Source of the DNA: Desulfocapsaceae bacterium
GTDB lineage: Bacteria > Desulfobacterota > Desulfobulbia > Desulfobulbales > Desulfocapsaceae
Direction: 5' to 3'
Length of the DNA stretch: 64,000 nt
Assembly: GCA_046706325.1 (NCBI GenBank)
Contig: JBJKPM010000053.1
Location: 1,243-65,242, forward strand
In this document: in pieces, positions 63,720 through 64,000 of the stretch
Layout: the number at the start of each line of letters is the position of its first letter
Position numbering within the stretch: the stretch's first letter is position 1
Position numbers and translations under genes: made by a program
The notes under the pieces: model-generated
Told to the model about the DNA's origin: nothing
What the model saw: only the letters and a program-made list of their open reading frames with translations
The model's database searches: none

Positions 63720-64000
63720 ATGAACCATTTTAATTACAGGAACGGAGAGCTCTTTTGCGAAGAGGTTGCCTTGGCCGATATAGCCAGGACGGTCGGGACG
63801 CCGTGCTACCTTTACAGTAAAAGGACACTTCTTAAACATTTTCATGCCTTTGACTCAGGTTTTTCCGACATTCCGCATCTGACCTGTTTTGCGGTAAAGG
63901 CCTGTTCCAATATCGCCGTTTTGCATCTCTTCGCCCGGGAGGGAGGTGGCGCCGATATTGTTTCCCAGGGGGAGCTCTTCCGGGCGTTGAAGGCAGGAAT
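63720..64000 (+). CDS. lysA: diaminopimelate decarboxylase, N-terminal fragment (continues beyond the window)
   Basis: The translation MNHFNYRNGELFCEEVALADIARTVGTPCYLYSKRTLLKHFHAFD...CFAVKACSNIAVLHLFAREGGGADIVSQGEL matches the LysA N-terminus, including the PLP Lys context (AVKA). The frame stays open to the window end. Confidence 0.8.
   Translation, partial: MNHFNYRNGELFCEEVALADIARTVGTPCYLYSKRTLLKHFHAFDSGFSDIPHLTCFAVKACSNIAVLHLFAREGGGADIVSQGELFRALKAG

Noticed and set aside
1-64000. Search for CRISPR arrays, tRNA/rRNA genes, IS elements, integrases, prophage genes or known defence-system genes
   Set aside because: No regularly spaced direct repeats, cloverleaf-like intergenic segments, transposase/integrase-like ORFs or recognisable defence domains were seen by eye. 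The intergenic regions are short except 17043-17548, 26258-26715 and 41810-42150. A covariance-model scan (tRNAscan-SE, Rfam) would be needed to exclude small RNAs.

Overview
Dense chromosomal window, coding on both strands. By eye it is moderately GC-rich, and the gene content looks like an anaerobic, sigma-54-rich deltaproteobacterium (Desulfobacterota-like sulfate reducer). No rRNA, tRNA, CRISPR array, transposase or integrase was recognised.

Gene order:
- LeuCD-like dehydratase, pncB, cobO, a PilZ protein, rsmE.
- A PAS/sigma-54 activator, then a sigma-54 promoter, then an acyl-CoA synthetase.
- A complete 7-gene MoxR/DUF58/Bat (VWA-TPR) aerotolerance-type operon on the minus strand.
- A four-subunit 2-oxoacid:ferredoxin oxidoreductase followed directly by a 1040-aa large-type NAD-glutamate dehydrogenase.
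- An OmpR-type two-component pair.
- A NYN-LOTUS protein, a 1211-aa DUF3683/FAD-oxidase/Fe-S fusion and a discoidin-domain protein.
- An OrpR-like Cys-PAS sigma-54 activator, a -24/-12 promoter and a seven-gene orange-protein (ORP)-like cluster (NifX-like x3, DUF5320, pseudo-receiver, MinD-ferredoxin ATPases x2).
- An HDAC-like gene and an ICMT-like gene.
- A Gram-negative dedicated sortase with its VIT-VWA substrate, preceded by a duplicated promoter/leader module.
- hpt, a gamma-carbonic-anhydrase-like gene, an Arg-rich DRR-repeat ORF and an orphan DHp-like ORF.
- A cytoplasmic molybdopterin oxidoreductase with its Fe-S subunit.
- A TatT-associated TRAP transporter, then rpoN-lptB-lptA.
- argB-argD-argF-argG-argH, an FN3 lipoprotein and the lysA 5' end.

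Most interesting:
- The sortase system with its duplicated, phased TGTCAT repeat array and leader.
- The ORP-like cluster with its promoter and repeat architecture.
- The possible split of a sortase-dedicated histidine kinase/response regulator pair 16 kb away from the sortase.

Limits: all family assignments come from motif recognition by eye. Start codons are inferred from RBS and N-terminal conservation and may be off by a few codons.
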